DNA of 64,000 nucleotides from positions 85,808,001 to 85,872,000 of the forward strand of contig NC_042999.1 in the NCBI RefSeq assembly GCF_006345805.1. Reading direction: 5' to 3'. This stretch comes from Octopus sinensis. Its lineage: Eukaryota. Under the pieces are notes generated by a model that did no database searches, was not told the DNA's origin, and worked only from the letters and a program-made list of their open reading frames with translations. The position numbers were made by a program, and so were the translations under genes. Positions 13,315 to 26,218 of the stretch are shown piece after piece; within the stretch, counting starts at the first letter, position 1, and every line of letters starts with the position of its first letter.

Positions 13315-13580
13315 AAGAAGATGGATTTGGTATTAAACTTTATTCTGTACGATGGTCATTTTGACCCATCGTGCTATCATCCCTTATGTGTGGGACTCTG
13401 TTCATCATGTTGTATTGGATTCATTTTGCAGTCTGGGTCTCATCAGGTACATCCATACATGAAGTTGTAACTCACTAAAGATTTTGAGTGTTATCTGCCA
13501 TACTGTTATATACCTGTCTAGTTAGGGAATGAATAAAAAGCAAACAAGACTACAGAAACGCAAAAATTCAAATTTCAAAT
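13315..13580 (-). repeat. Dispersed repeat, inverted copy of 17748..17999
   Basis: Reverse complement aligns along its length with 17748..17999. Confidence 0.85.
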
Positions 13581-13807
13581 AGCTGTTTCTTTTGCATTTT
13601 TTAATAGAAGAATGAGAATATTACACCATTACAAAAAACTGTAATCATCAGATGAAACGAAATTCTACAAATAAAAGAATGTCCCAAGAATACAGCAGAA
13701 ACATGGTTGGTCTGTTGAGGCTAACTTAGCCTTAACAGATGTTTCATCTGATGATTACGATTTTTGTAATGGAATAATGTTCTCATTCTTCTCTTAAAGA
13801 AACAGCT
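13581..13807. repeat. Imperfect inverted repeat (MITE-like hairpin)
   Basis: agctgtttcttt..agaagaatgagaatatt..gtaatcatcagatgaaac versus gtttcatctgatgattac..ttctcattcttct..aaagaaacagct. Confidence 0.75.
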
Positions 13808-14180
13808 GTAGTGAGCTAACATTTATCCATAATTTGTTATTATTCATTTAATTATAACACGCCAAGGGGATTTATGACTTGTTGGACACCCTAGAGTATA
13901 CCAACAATGTACAGTTCAATGTAATGTGTGCTTTCGACCAGCCCCTAGATGCTAAATACTCATAGGGTTGGTTTTCTCTGTCTACACAACCAGAATATCC
14001 TATTTGGTACTTACCAACCATAGGCTGGAACCACAGGTTTATCCAACTCTACCTAATGCATATCTTTTCAAGTACCTGATTCTATCTGAATCCTTATTTT
14101 ACTATATATTTCAGTATGTGACTGCATGTGTATCGGCGATTTTCTTTCTCCGTCTTCCCTTCTTTGGACTTTCTCTATAT

Positions 14181-14212
14181 TTCTGATGAAGAGCTCTGCT
14201 CGAAATGTGAAA
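14181..14212 (+). ncRNA. Decayed Penelope-type hammerhead-like motif
   Basis: CTGATGA-A-GAGC-tct-GCTC-GAAA-tgtgaaa; core and stem II present, stem III and cleavage triplet disrupted. Confidence 0.4.
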
Positions 14213-14617
14213 TCCTCTTTCTTTTCTTTCCTTTCCTGAGCGTCCAATAACACTGTACTTATTCCACGTCCTTGCATTGTTGTTTTTTCTTGCTTATTCA
14301 TGTTTGAATTAATTATATATATCTAAATTAGTTATATACATATATTATATATTACGAAATTTGGTCTAATATTATCATACTGAATTTTACCTGTAAGGTT
14401 GGAATAATAATTTATTCTCTATTATTATTATTATGATATATATAGACACATACACACAGATATACATATATGTACACGCACTCATACCTACATATACCTT
14501 CCTACTCACACGGGCTCACACAAACATGCAGGCACATGGACATGCCTACATATGCATGTATGATACCCCCACATACACATGTGCATACGCAGACATGCAC
14601 ACATACACCCACACATA

Positions 14618-16570
14618 GGTACACTCCCAAAGATATTGCTTGGGCTGAATTAAAAAATCTAGATTCGACTGCAGCTTTTGAAGTGTACACAACTCAATGA
14701 GACCGAGCCGTGAAAATTGAAAAGGAAGAATGCTTCAGATATGAATACAGAATCGCAGCAAATGCCAGTCGCAATCCAAAAAACTTCTTTGCCCATGTCC
14801 AACGGAATTCCCGCTTGAACAACCAAATTGCAACGCTGGTAGACTCAACAGGCGTATCGATTGAGGACCCTTATCAGCAGAGTCAGTTATTTGCTGAGGC
14901 TTTTTCAACTATTTTCAAACAAGATGATGGTCATGAACTCCCTCCATTTGATAGATCGGTACCTCCAATGCCTAGATTGGTCATCACTCGGGACGAAGTC
15001 GAACGCGTTATTCAAGGCCTTGAATTCAACAAGGGTCATGGCCCTGACGGCATACACCCACAGGTTATCAAAGCGTTGGCTCTGGTCATCTGCGAACCTT
15101 TAACACTTCTATTCAATAGGTCATTGGTGACGGGTGTTATACCTGTGGACTGGAGAACAGCGATAATCTGCCCAATTTTCAAGAAAGGGAGCCGCGAAGA
15201 CCCGCTTAACTACCGACCGGTTTCCCTTACTTCAATCATCAGCAAGATGTTCGAAACCATCCTTAAGAAAAGTATGTTGTTCCACCTCAAAAAAACACAG
15301 CCTCTATCTCTGATTCCCAATACGACTTCATGCTGAAGAGATCATGCTTGACCAACTTACTGGTAATGGAAGAATTGGTGATGTGTATCCTGGATGATGA
15401 TAATGCTGTTGACATCGTTTTATTGGACTTTGCCAAAGCTTTTGACTTGGTTAACCACCGCCTATTACTTGTCAAGCTTCAAGCATATAGTTTCCATCCG
15501 GATATTGTATGATGGGTTGGTGCCTTCCTCTCAGATCGCTCCTTCCAAGTCCAAGTAAATGGTTCACTGTCTGACGTCTCCAATGCGAGCTGTGGCGTGC
15601 CTCAAGGTTCAGTGCTTGGGCCCTTATTGTTTTTAGTCTTCATAGATGACTTGCCCGACAACCTCATGCAACACACCCTTCTATTTGCCGATGATGTCAA
15701 ACTGGTCGCTCCTCGTGGTGATATAGATGATCTTCGTCGATGCCTCCACCAAGTTTGGAGATGGTCAAATGAATGGGACCTGTGTCTGAACGTGTCAAAG
15801 TGCTGTCATCTGCCTGTTGGCTCTTCTCCTGCAATTCAACTTGATTTCAAGCCTGGTCATCTGCTGCTGGAGAGGGCCGACCAGGTAAAGGACCTGGGTA
15901 TCTTGGTGGATTCTTCCTTTGCACTTTCGGCCCAGTGCGTCCATGCTGCCAACAAAGCACGCGGAGTTCTGTTTTTGATTCGACGGTCATTCGGAATACT
16001 CACAGCAGCCATATTCCTACCGCTCTATGTCACGCTGGTGAGACCCATATTGGAGTACGGGATTCAATCTTCTTCTCCTTATCTCCCCAAAGACATACAG
16101 CATCTCGAAAGAGTCCAGAAGCTGGCTACCCGCATGGTTCTTGGTCTCAAGCATTTGTCTTATGAAGAAAGGCTGAAGACACTCGACCTTTATTCTTTAG
16201 AAAAATGTCGCCGCCGTGGTGATCTCATTCTTGCTCACAACATCATAAACTGAAAGTGTAACCTCTCGAAAGAGCTGTTCTTCACTCCTGTTCCAGAGCG
16301 TCGGCTGTGGGGTCACTCCGAAAAGCTCTATCTGCGACGATTTCATCTCAATCGAAGGAGAGGGGCTTTCTCTGTCCGGGTTGCGGATCTATGGAATAAG
16401 CTGCCAGACAAGATAGTGAAAATGCTGACAACCGCTCGGTTCAAAATCTCTCTTGACCAGAAATGGCCTGAACTCTTTGCATGAACACCCTCCCTGTACA
16501 TAACTCTATGTCCCCCTACATGGCCTTGCTTTTTGCTTTTTGAGCCAAAAAATTAACTTAACTTAACTTA
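14618..16570 (+). mobile_element. 5'-truncated CR1-group LINE, RT pseudogene with (TTAAC)n tail
   Basis: ORFs 14710-15336, 15330-15512 and 15597-16253: NPK.FF, GPDGIHP, NYRPVSLTS, DFAKAFD, PQGSVLGPLLF, FADD, LERVQK, RRGDLI, GHS.KL..FS.RV..WN.LP; frameshift and stops; tail ttaacttaacttaactta. Confidence 0.92.
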
Positions 16571-17462
16571 TCTGTACATAAAACGCACACATATATGTAC
16601 ATACACACACATATACACAAGCCTGCTTTCCTGTCTAGATTTATGCATCTCCAGATCTTCACCTGTCCCTCAAGCCTGCTGGTACACCTTACTTATATGC
16701 AGCTGCATTGTAAGGTTACATATTTAAATACATGTAGCATTCACATGCAGTCATTCCTTGGTATAGGTTCTATGGTTGCAGTTCATGAGATTTTAACTCA
16801 GTGGTGGTGGTGGTGGTGGTGGGGGATTAATCCTAGTTGTTGGTGTTATGGTTTGTATTGGTTTGGTGTGGTTATGTTATAGTGAACCTAAAGATCATCT
16901 GCAACTTGAGTTAATGGACATTAAATGTAACGGAAGTTAATTAGTCTGATAATGATTTCCAAATTTAACTTAAATGTTAAATCATTAATGAAAATGTTAG
17001 CATTGTTAATTAAAGATTAATGGATTAATGGTTTGGTACTCAGGTTTAGTAAACACACACACAAACAGCAGTAACTTTCTTCAGCTGAATACATGTCATT
17101 GATTGATTAAAATTACCCAAATGCGACAATTTTAACACGAAATAACTTCTAAAAGGCAAAATTTTGTCAAAAACGTTAAGAGTAAACCGTGTTCTACATG
17201 ACACATTCAACAGTATCTGAAGCTTCAATCTGTTTAGTTAAAAAAATTAATTAAAGAATCTGTGACTGAAAAGATCCCACATATGTATATCTGTGTGTAT
17301 GTCTTTAAAAAAATATATAAACTAATACACCTGCTTGTTGTTCCTACACCTGTCTTTGTCTTTTGTTTTCTGTAAATTTGAACTATACACACACACATAT
17401 GTATAGGTATATATAATATATATATTTATGTGTGTGTGTATATATATATATATATGTGTGTT

Positions 17463-17546
<84 letters not shown>

Positions 17547-17747
17547 GATAAGTGTGTGAGTGGGCGTATGTCTCAGTGTAGGTATGTGTGTGTGTATGTA
17601 TGTACACAAGACTGTTTGACTAAGTATTTGTTTTTCCTGTTTTCCTTGTATTTTTCTTTCTACTTTCTTTTCCCACAAGCAGTTATGAAAGCAAAAGCCA
17701 ATTAGGTCATTTTTACCTAAACAGGAATGCAAGATTTCCACATTCAT

Positions 17748-17999
17748 ATTTGAAATTTGAATTTTTGTGTTTCTGCAGTCTTGTTTGCTTTTTATTCATT
17801 CCCTAACTAGATGGGCATATAACAGTATGACAGTTGACACTCAAGATCTTTAGTGAAACATAACTTTATCTATGGATGTACCTGATGAGATCCAGACTGC
17901 AAAATGGATCCAACAGTGTCCAGCACATAAGGGATGATAGCACGATGAGTCAAAATGCTCATTGTACTGAATAAAGTTTAATAGCAAATCCATCTTCTT
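17748..17999 (+). repeat. Dispersed repeat, inverted copy of 13315..13580
   Basis: atttgaaatttgaatttttg...aaatccatcttctt shared in opposite orientation. Confidence 0.85.
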
Positions 18000-19117
18000 G
18001 TCACTTAATTAATATAATTACCCCATTGTGAATGTATTTGGTAGACAGAAATTGAAAGAAGCTTGGTGTATATATTATGTGTATGTGTTTGTGTCAGAGC
18101 CCCCCCCCCAACCACTTGATAACTGGTGTTGGTGTATTTTCATACTCATAACTTTGTGGTTCAGCAAAAGACACTAACAAAATAAGTACCAGCTTAAAAA
18201 GAGAAAGTACTGGAGTCAATTTGTTCAATGAAAGTTCTTCAAAGTGGTGCTTCAGTATGGCCATAGTCTAATGACAGAAACAAGTAAAAGAAAAACAGAT
18301 AAATATTTTTAATACAAAATGATTATTAGGGACAGAAGGAGTATTAATACCAAAAGGTATCATTTATCTCCACTTATTAGCGGATGTTGTGTTAGAACAC
18401 AAAATACTGTGATATCTACCATGAGGAAACCTCTCATATGGTCTTTTGGTGCATATAAGCATTCTTGTTTACATTGCTAGTGGGAGACAAATCACTACCA
18501 TCGACACTGCTGAGACTACGAGATCACATGACTTCGGCTTTCTCTGACCTTGATAACAGTACACACCTGACTGTTGGAGATAGTAGTGATGTCTCAGCTA
18601 ACAATGTACATAGTCACAGTGCCCAATCATCAGGTACTTATTATATGCTGAGCTAATAAAAAGGTTAGCTAAAGCACAAGTAATTGGCTAAGAAAATAAA
18701 GACAGAAAGCAGCATAACCTTCAAGGATAGTTGCCCCAAAACTACTGGCAATATTAGGGTAAGCAGGTGTAGTACCAATCTTTTATTTAAGTAATTAGAT
18801 CATACTGGTTGGACATTTCAAGATACAAATAATTGTTCATAGAGACTGTTTTTATACTTCTGTTCAAGGAAATAAACTGAAAAAAATCTAAGATTGAATG
18901 TCCTGCAACAGAACCAGGTGAAGAGCTACAAAAGAAATCAAATAATCTGAGGGAATTATTATTCTTGTAGATTCTACAGATTTGATCCCATTCAGGAAAA
19001 CTTATTTCAATTCAGGTTCAACTGAAATATAGTCACAAAAATTTTAATAAAGACTAGACTACCCATAACCCGTTTGGTCACTGACAAAGTTCCTATTACC
19101 TCAAAAAAATTTTTTTT

Positions 19118-19622
19118 TAAATCATCACTTTAAAATATTTCTAAATAGTCAAAATACTGTCTGTTTAAAGAAAGCTAAATATAAATATTTACTCAACAAG
19201 CAACTCACATTTTTCAAATCATATACACTTAAAAATACTTTTTAATAATTAAAATATTGTCTGTTTAAAGAAAGTTGAAATGTAAATTCTCACTGTACAA
19301 ACAATTTGTATTTTTAAAGTCATTTTCACTTAAAAATATTTTAAAAATCATATTCACTTGAAAATAGCTTTAAAAAAAAGCTAAAATATAAATGCTTATT
19401 GTACAAACAACTTGTATTTTTAAATCACATTCACTTAAAACTATTTCTAAATAATTGAAATATTATGTTTACTGTAAAAACAACTCATATTCTGAAGTCA
19501 TATTCACTTAAAAATATTTTTTTAATAATTAAAATATCGTCTGTTTAACGAAAACTGAAGTATAAATACTTAAAGTACAAACAACTTGTATTTTTTAAAA
19601 TCATATACACTTAAAAATATTA
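19118..19622. repeat. Degenerate AT-rich minisatellite
   Basis: Recurrent caacttgtatttt-aaatcatattcacttaaaaatatt and gtctgtttaaagaaa units, period ~100 bp with ~25-bp subunits. Confidence 0.8.
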
Positions 19623-19958
19623 ACTTGACTTCACTAAAACTTTTCAAAAATCAAGCGCAAAGGTAAACAATTTAAAATGTTAATCCATTATACATGGGTC
19701 TTCTGTGTCTGACATTTTACAGAATGCTGTGCACTAGTGATCTGATGGGTTATCACAGAGCTGATTAGTAAAGGTACTCCAAAAAACCATGTATCTCTGG
19801 AATCCATGGTCCAATTTATACGAAACTTGTTTTATTCTGTTTGTATTCACATTTCAGGGGTACCTTACTTTCAGAGTATTTTCCCATGATGCACCAGTTT
19901 GGCTGTATTAAATTACAGACAAGCACACATGCAAACAAGCTATCACAGAGTTTTAGTA

Positions 19959-20121
19959 CTCTTTTACTTGTTTCAGTCATTTGACTGCGGCCATGCTGGA
20001 GCACTGCCTTTAGTTGAGCAAATCGACCCCGGGACTTATTCTTTGTAAGTTTTGCCGAACTGCTAAGTGACAGGGACGTAAACACACCAGCATCGGTTGT
20101 CAAGCAATGCTAGGGGAACAA

Positions 20122-20188
<67 letters not shown>

Positions 20189-20325
20189 TACGACAGGCTT
20201 CTTTCAGTTTCCGTCTACCAAATCCACCCACAAGGCATTGGTCGGCCCGGGGCTATAGCAGAAGACACTTGCCCAAGATGTCACGCAGTGGGACTGAACT
20301 CGGAACCACGTAGTTGGTAAGCAAG
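19959..20325 (-). mobile_element. tRNA-derived SINE, family A, with internal (TA)n
   Basis: Minus strand: B-box-like ggttccgagttcagtccc, CORE-like cttgggcaagtg, tail gactgaaacaagtaaaagag; same family as 29927, 51280 and partial copies at 5390, 18040, 22660, 30960, 62660. Confidence 0.8.
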
Positions 20326-22426
20326 TCCTGGAAGACAGAGTTTCAATCAAGGAGATTGTCAGAACTAAGTTATTAATTAGCAGTTAGATTCTTAAAAACT
20401 CTTGAAAATAAACTTTGTTCAATATGAAGGAAAGGAATAAGTTGAAACTTATATTTCTCTAAAGTGCAATTATGAAGTAGTAGAACTAGAATGACATTAT
20501 CCAAAAATCAATGTGACAGGATCATTTCTTTTGTAAAACTTTTAGGAGGATATAATGAAAGAAATGAAAACTATAACACCTGTTCACTATTAGAATGAAA
20601 TAAGTTGAATTTTTTCCTATCATTGTAGAAGTAAATGCTTGAACTTAAAGTAGTTATAATTGCATAATGCTAGATATATGTGAAGGAGTGTGGACAGGTG
20701 ACCAGGGTGAACATAAAATTGTAATTTCAATTCCTGGACTTGGCAGCACATTATGTCCATGGGCAAGACACTTCATTTTACCATTGCTCCAGTCTACTCA
20801 GCTGTAATGAGTATTAACCAAATGTTAATGCAACCTTCTCTCACTTCAGCTGTTACATTCTGGATGTGCCATGAGGTCAAAGGTGGAGGTGCTAAAAGGA
20901 TGCCTTTGCTCCTGACTACATAAGCATATAAAACAATTAGCAAAAGCATGGTTCATGTTACCAAGTCATATTAATTTATGAGTGATGTTCACCTGTACTA
21001 GAAATGTGTTTGTCCTGGACATAACTGCTTCTGATAGTGAGATCCTGGTCAGGGAGTTCCAAGGTTTTGAGGGGAGTGGATCCACATCTTAACCACTGTT
21101 GTTCCTAGGTCTGCTCTGACCTGGAGTAGTAGCACTTTCCAGGGTACTAGCTATGGGTTAGCATATTAAGGATTGCATGTAAAGACTGGATCTGATGGAC
21201 TCTGCAGAAAAAAAAACCTCATTATTCAATGGAGGAGAAGGCAGCTACAACAATGCATTGTGGAGTACAGAGAGCAAGATGAAGCCTGTAAGACATGTTG
21301 GTCAGTTCCTGCATCTGTTTCCATCACAAGATGTCTTGACCTGGTCTTTCTACTGGATTGACGCTGGTCATAGATGAAAGAGTTAGGTAAATAGTATGCA
21401 ACTCTTCCTTGTTTTAAACATCTAGAACAATGGGAACCATGATGTGCCATATTGCTGTCAGTGTATTTCAGTGGCTACTGAAACAATTGTTAGTTAATAT
21501 GTTCCTTATTTTTCAGTTGATAACAAACTTTGCCTCCAAACTTCTAATTATAAAGTCACTATTTTCATTATCAATCTTTGAGAAGGATTTTACTTGTCAT
21601 AAAAAGTCTCTTGTTTCTTTGAATTAACTGACAAAAATTGGAGTTTATAAGCAAAAACAAACTTAGCCCTCTCTTTGTCAAAGCAGACCTACAGCTTTGC
21701 TATACAATTTAAATGGAGTCACTATTAATTTTTTACATGATTTGGTTTTGAATTTATGAAATTAAAAATAATGTTATCATCATCATCATTTAGCATCCAT
21801 TTTCCATACTGGCGAGTCAGAAGACTGCATCAATCTCTACTGTCTGCTTTGGCATATTTTCTATGGTTTGATGTCCTTCCAAATGCAACCATTTTACAGT
21901 GTACTGGGTGCTTTTTAAATGGCACCAGCATCAGTGAGGTCACCAAGTAACTTCAGGACAAGACCCCCATCAACTGTGCAGGGAGTAGTATTAAGAGAAG
22001 AAAAAGGTGTCTTGCATTTGAAAAGAAACATAGCTACTTTAGATGGAAAAAGAGCAGGATGGTGAAGATGTGATGGAGAAGTAAAGGTGTACACCTAAGT
22101 TACAGGGAGTTATACAGATGTGTATACAGTGAAGTGGACCAGGGATTAGAGAGGGTGTTTGAGTGGGTGAGTTCACAATATTGCAAAAAGAGTGGGGAGG
22201 GAATGTAATAAGTGGCCACATGGTGGGGGAGGGAGTATTAGGAGGTTATGTTGTGAGGAAGGGATTCAACAAGGACATTGTGTGCAGATAGGTACATGAA
22301 GGAGGGGAGGGGAATACAGCAGCGGTGAGAAGTAGGGAGGTGTCTGGATATTTTTTTTTTAGGTTTTTTTTTTCTTGTTTCTTGTATTCTCTAACTTTAT
22401 ATCAATGTAACTGTCTTCTATTTTAG

Positions 22427-22582
22427 ATTCCTACTTAAATGTGCTAGAGACATTTTCCAAGGAAAGAATTTGGTTGGTTTTGTCTCATACCTCAATGCCA
22501 ATTACACAACAGAACATCAAGATGTTGACTCCAATTTACACTTGTCAGCACTACTGAGATTATGTCAACATAGATCCAAAAG
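22427..22582 (+). CDS. ACOX1: ACOX1-like exon: FLLKCARDIFQGKNLVGFVSYLNANYTTEHQDVDSNLHLSALLRLCQHRSK
   Basis: Continues frame (LQTG-K-FLLK); G.VSYLN motif; acceptor ttttAG, donor AG|GTAAAG; 156 nt, phase 2 to 2. Confidence 0.88.
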
Positions 22583-22803
22583 GTAAAGTTTTGATTATTC
22601 TTTTATATGAAACAGATAAAAATATTTTTCATTTGCAAAGATAACAGGCATAGCTCTATGGTAAAATCTTGCTTCTCAACAACATGGTTCCAGGTTCAAT
22701 CCCACTGCATGACACCTTAGGCAATTGCATCTTCTACTATAGCTTTGGGCCAACCAAAGCCTTATGAGTGGATTTGGTAGATGGAAACTGAAAGAAGCCA
22801 GTC

Positions 22804-22871
<68 letters not shown>

Positions 22872-23369
22872 TACACATATATATTTGTTTGCTATTGTTG
22901 GAACAAACTGGCAAGCAGCCATGATCCTCATTGGTAATCATATATTTAATTTTCTTTGTACTGAAATACAGGTTGACCTTGGCTAAGATCATATTTGTAA
23001 TGATTTAGTTAATATGTAAACAACAATAACAATATCAGGATGATTATGATGATGATGACGACGATGTCTGTTTTCCATGCTGGCATGGGTTGGACAGTTC
23101 AACAGGACCTGGCAAGTTAAAAGACTGCACCAAGCCCTACTGGTATGGTTTCTGTGACTAGATGCTCTTCCTAATGCCAACTACTTTATAGACTATACTG
23201 GGTGCTTTTTACATGGCACCAGCAACAGTGAGGTGACCAAATAACTTGCAAGACAAGATCTTTTAACTAAGTGGGGAGTAGTATTGAAGGACAGAAATAG
23301 GTTTCCATCATCTTTGCATATTTATTCCCTATGTAATGTAATATGAAATTTTCTTTTTCTTTTTTGTAG

Positions 23370-23475
23370 AATGCTTTTATATATTTCAGAACTTGTTTTT
23401 GAGAAGATAAATTCTGGAAGCTCACTTGAACAGGCATTCAATATGTGGTCAAATGAGATAAAAAATATGGCTGTT
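23370..23475 (+). CDS. ACOX1: ACOX1-like exon: (R)MLLYISELVFEKINSGSSLEQAFNMWSNEIKNMAV
   Basis: Strong pyrimidine tract plus tAG, donor GTAAGT; G.S.E.AFN matches the ACOX1 AWN segment; 106 nt, phase 2 to 0. Confidence 0.85.
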
Positions 23476-23883
23476 GTAAGTTGATTTTAAACAAAATTAA
23501 ATGAATTCGGTTAAATTTCTTTATATGTTTTTAACAAAAGATTTTTTTGCTTCTCCTTGAAGGCTTGTAAAGAAAGCATAACCTCTTATGTAAATATACT
23601 TCACTTGCATAATTGAAAAGAGAATTTCTGTGAGGTCACTTATTATGCTATAAATAGGAACCCAATATCCTTCAAATCTTGTTCTAATTCTGATAAGAAG
23701 GTAGGATGGTTGTGTTAGATCTGTTTGATCAGGGCTCTTTCCTTTGGCTAAACAGCAACAACAAATATGCTTACAATAGTGCTCCTTAGAATAAGGAAAT
23801 GTTGACCCTGAATCCACCACATACTAGAGTAATATACATAACAAGAACAACAAAAGTTTATAACACTTTACTCGTTTCCAAAA

Positions 23884-23914
<31 letters not shown>

Positions 23915-23917
<3 letters not shown>

Positions 23918-24458
23918 TTATCATCATCATCGTTTAACATCCGTTTTCCATGCTAGCATAGGCTAGACGGTTTGACTGGAATCTGGGAAGCCAGGAGGCT
24001 GCACCAGGCTCCAGTTTGATCTGTCAGTGTTTCTACAGCTGGATGCCCTTCCTAATGCCAACCACTCCATGAGTGTAGTGGTGCTTTTTACATGCCACCA
24101 GCACAGTAGCCAGAGGAGGCTGGCAACATCCATGATTGGTTGAAGCTTTTTACGTGCCACCGGCATGGGTATCACTACTACAATTTCCATTTGATTTTTA
24201 TTTTGATGTTGATGTATTTGACTCAATAGGTCTCCTCAAGCACAGCAGGTCACCCTACGATCCAAGGTAAGCATAGTAGGCCATCCTGCGAGCCATGAAC
24301 TCACTTCATTTGTCGGATCTTCGCTGTCACAGCATATCTCCAGAGGTCTCGGTCTTTCGTCATTGCCTCTGTGAGGCCTAATGTTCAAAGGTCATGATTG
24401 ACAACCGCATCCCATGTCTTCCTGGGTCTATCTCTACCCCGGATTCCTTCAACTTTAG
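23915..24458 (-). mobile_element. RTE LINE 5'-truncated 3' fragment
   Basis: (CAT)n tail, ttccatgctagcat..ggatgcccttcctaatgcc UTR and GRPRKTW ORF end on the minus strand. Confidence 0.8.
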
Positions 24459-24855
24459 CAAATAATTCTCGCCATTATATCATTTTTATATATATTGATA
24501 AATATAAATTACGATAGATATTAATTCTTATATCTATTTATTTAGATTTGTTTTTACATTTAATTTAATTAGGTGGTATATTTATTATGTAGTATTAAAT
24601 TTTAAGATAATTAGGTATTATATTAATTGATATTTAGTCAACTATATCATAGATTGATATATTAAATCTATAGATACTACATATGTATATTAATTATATA
24701 GTTAGCTTATTTAATGAGTTTGTCTATATTTGAACCATTTTTTATTTTGATTACAATTTAATGACTTGTACTAGCAATGTGTATATTAATTAATTTTAAA
24801 GTATTTAATAATTTAAGTATTGTTTTAGTTTTCACTTAATGTATATTTAGTATTT

Positions 24856-24890
<35 letters not shown>

Positions 24891-24932
24891 GTATGTTTAT
24901 TAATTAATTATTTTATTATTCTAGTTTATTTT

Positions 24933-25036
24933 TAACCTGATGAGTAGCTATATTTATATCGAAGTGATTTTACTACTACTATTAATTTTTTTACTATAAT
25001 CATTTCTTAAATATAGCCACGAAACACGTGTCGTTA
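24933..25036 (+). ncRNA. Type I hammerhead ribozyme (Penelope/retrozyme-type, minimal palindromic stem III)
   Basis: TAAC | CTGATGA (24937-43) | stem II gtagctatattta...taaatatagccac | GAAA C ACGT GTC (25021-32) | GTTA; all core nucleotides present, predicted cleavage after C25032. Confidence 0.7.
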
Positions 25037-25311
25037 TTCTACCAATTATATACGTTTTTATTATTTTTTCGCAATTTATTTTGGTATTTTATTATTTATT
25101 TAATATTAATACATTGGTATTTTATTGTTTTAATTTTAATATTTCTATTATATGTAATTTTCTAGATGGTGTAATTTAATTGTTCATTTTGAATTGATAA
25201 AAGGTGGTTCTTTCTAATTTTTTATATATATATATATTATAATGTGTGAAATTTGATTTAGTATTTCTAAATTGAATTTTTTCCCTATAAGTTAGGATTA
25301 ATATTCCCTCA

Positions 25312-25392
<81 letters not shown>

Positions 25393-26218
25393 ATATATAT
25401 ATATCCTTTTCAAATTTTAAAAGAACTCCAAAAATTTCATTGAAACTGAATTTAAAGTAATACAATATTGGTAGAGTACCACTAAATGCTTTATTATTTT
25501 TGCTCTCCTTGGTTTTGGGCCTCAGGCCCAATTAGTCCTCCACAGGAGCTAGGTTAAAAGTCTTCACAGAGTGTGGTTTTTAAGCTAGTTCTTAAAATAA
25601 ACCACAAAAACCATGTCATATTCAGCTACCTAGGGTTTCCTAATCAAAATATTAAATTTATTTCACCACAGTTCCAACCTGTAAACTCTGGGTAGCTAAA
25701 TTTCACATGGTTGGTTTTTGTTTAATTTTTATTAATTATCTACTCTGATTGAATGCTTCATACCACACATGTATGTACACACACATATACAATTACGCAT
25801 GTAAATACTGCTTTCAGCAGAGATCCTCAATGCATCACAAAAAATAATGGAATTTATCCTCAGCTGTGAGCAAGCACATAGGAATGTAGAAGAAAGCTGA
25901 GACTCTAAAAAGCAGATGATAGTACTGAAATGCTTTATTATTTTCCCCCTCTCTTCTATTTCTGTCTTGCAAGTTATTTAGAAACCTCACTAATGTTGGT
26001 AGCATGAAAAAAGCACTCAGTACATACTGTAAAGTGATCAGCATTAGGAAGGGCATCCAGCTGTAGAAACCACACCAGAACTAATACTGATTCTATCAAA
26101 CCATCCAACCCATGCCAGCATGGAAATTGAACGCTAAATGAATAATCATAATCATCATCATTACTATGACAATGACAATGAGTTCAATTACAATTATAGT
26201 TTTATGTTATTATTATAG

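Noticed and set aside
17875-17930. CTGATGA-GATCC...GGATC-caacagtGTC as a hammerhead
   Set aside because: The required GAAA is absent in both copies of this repeat and stem I does not form.
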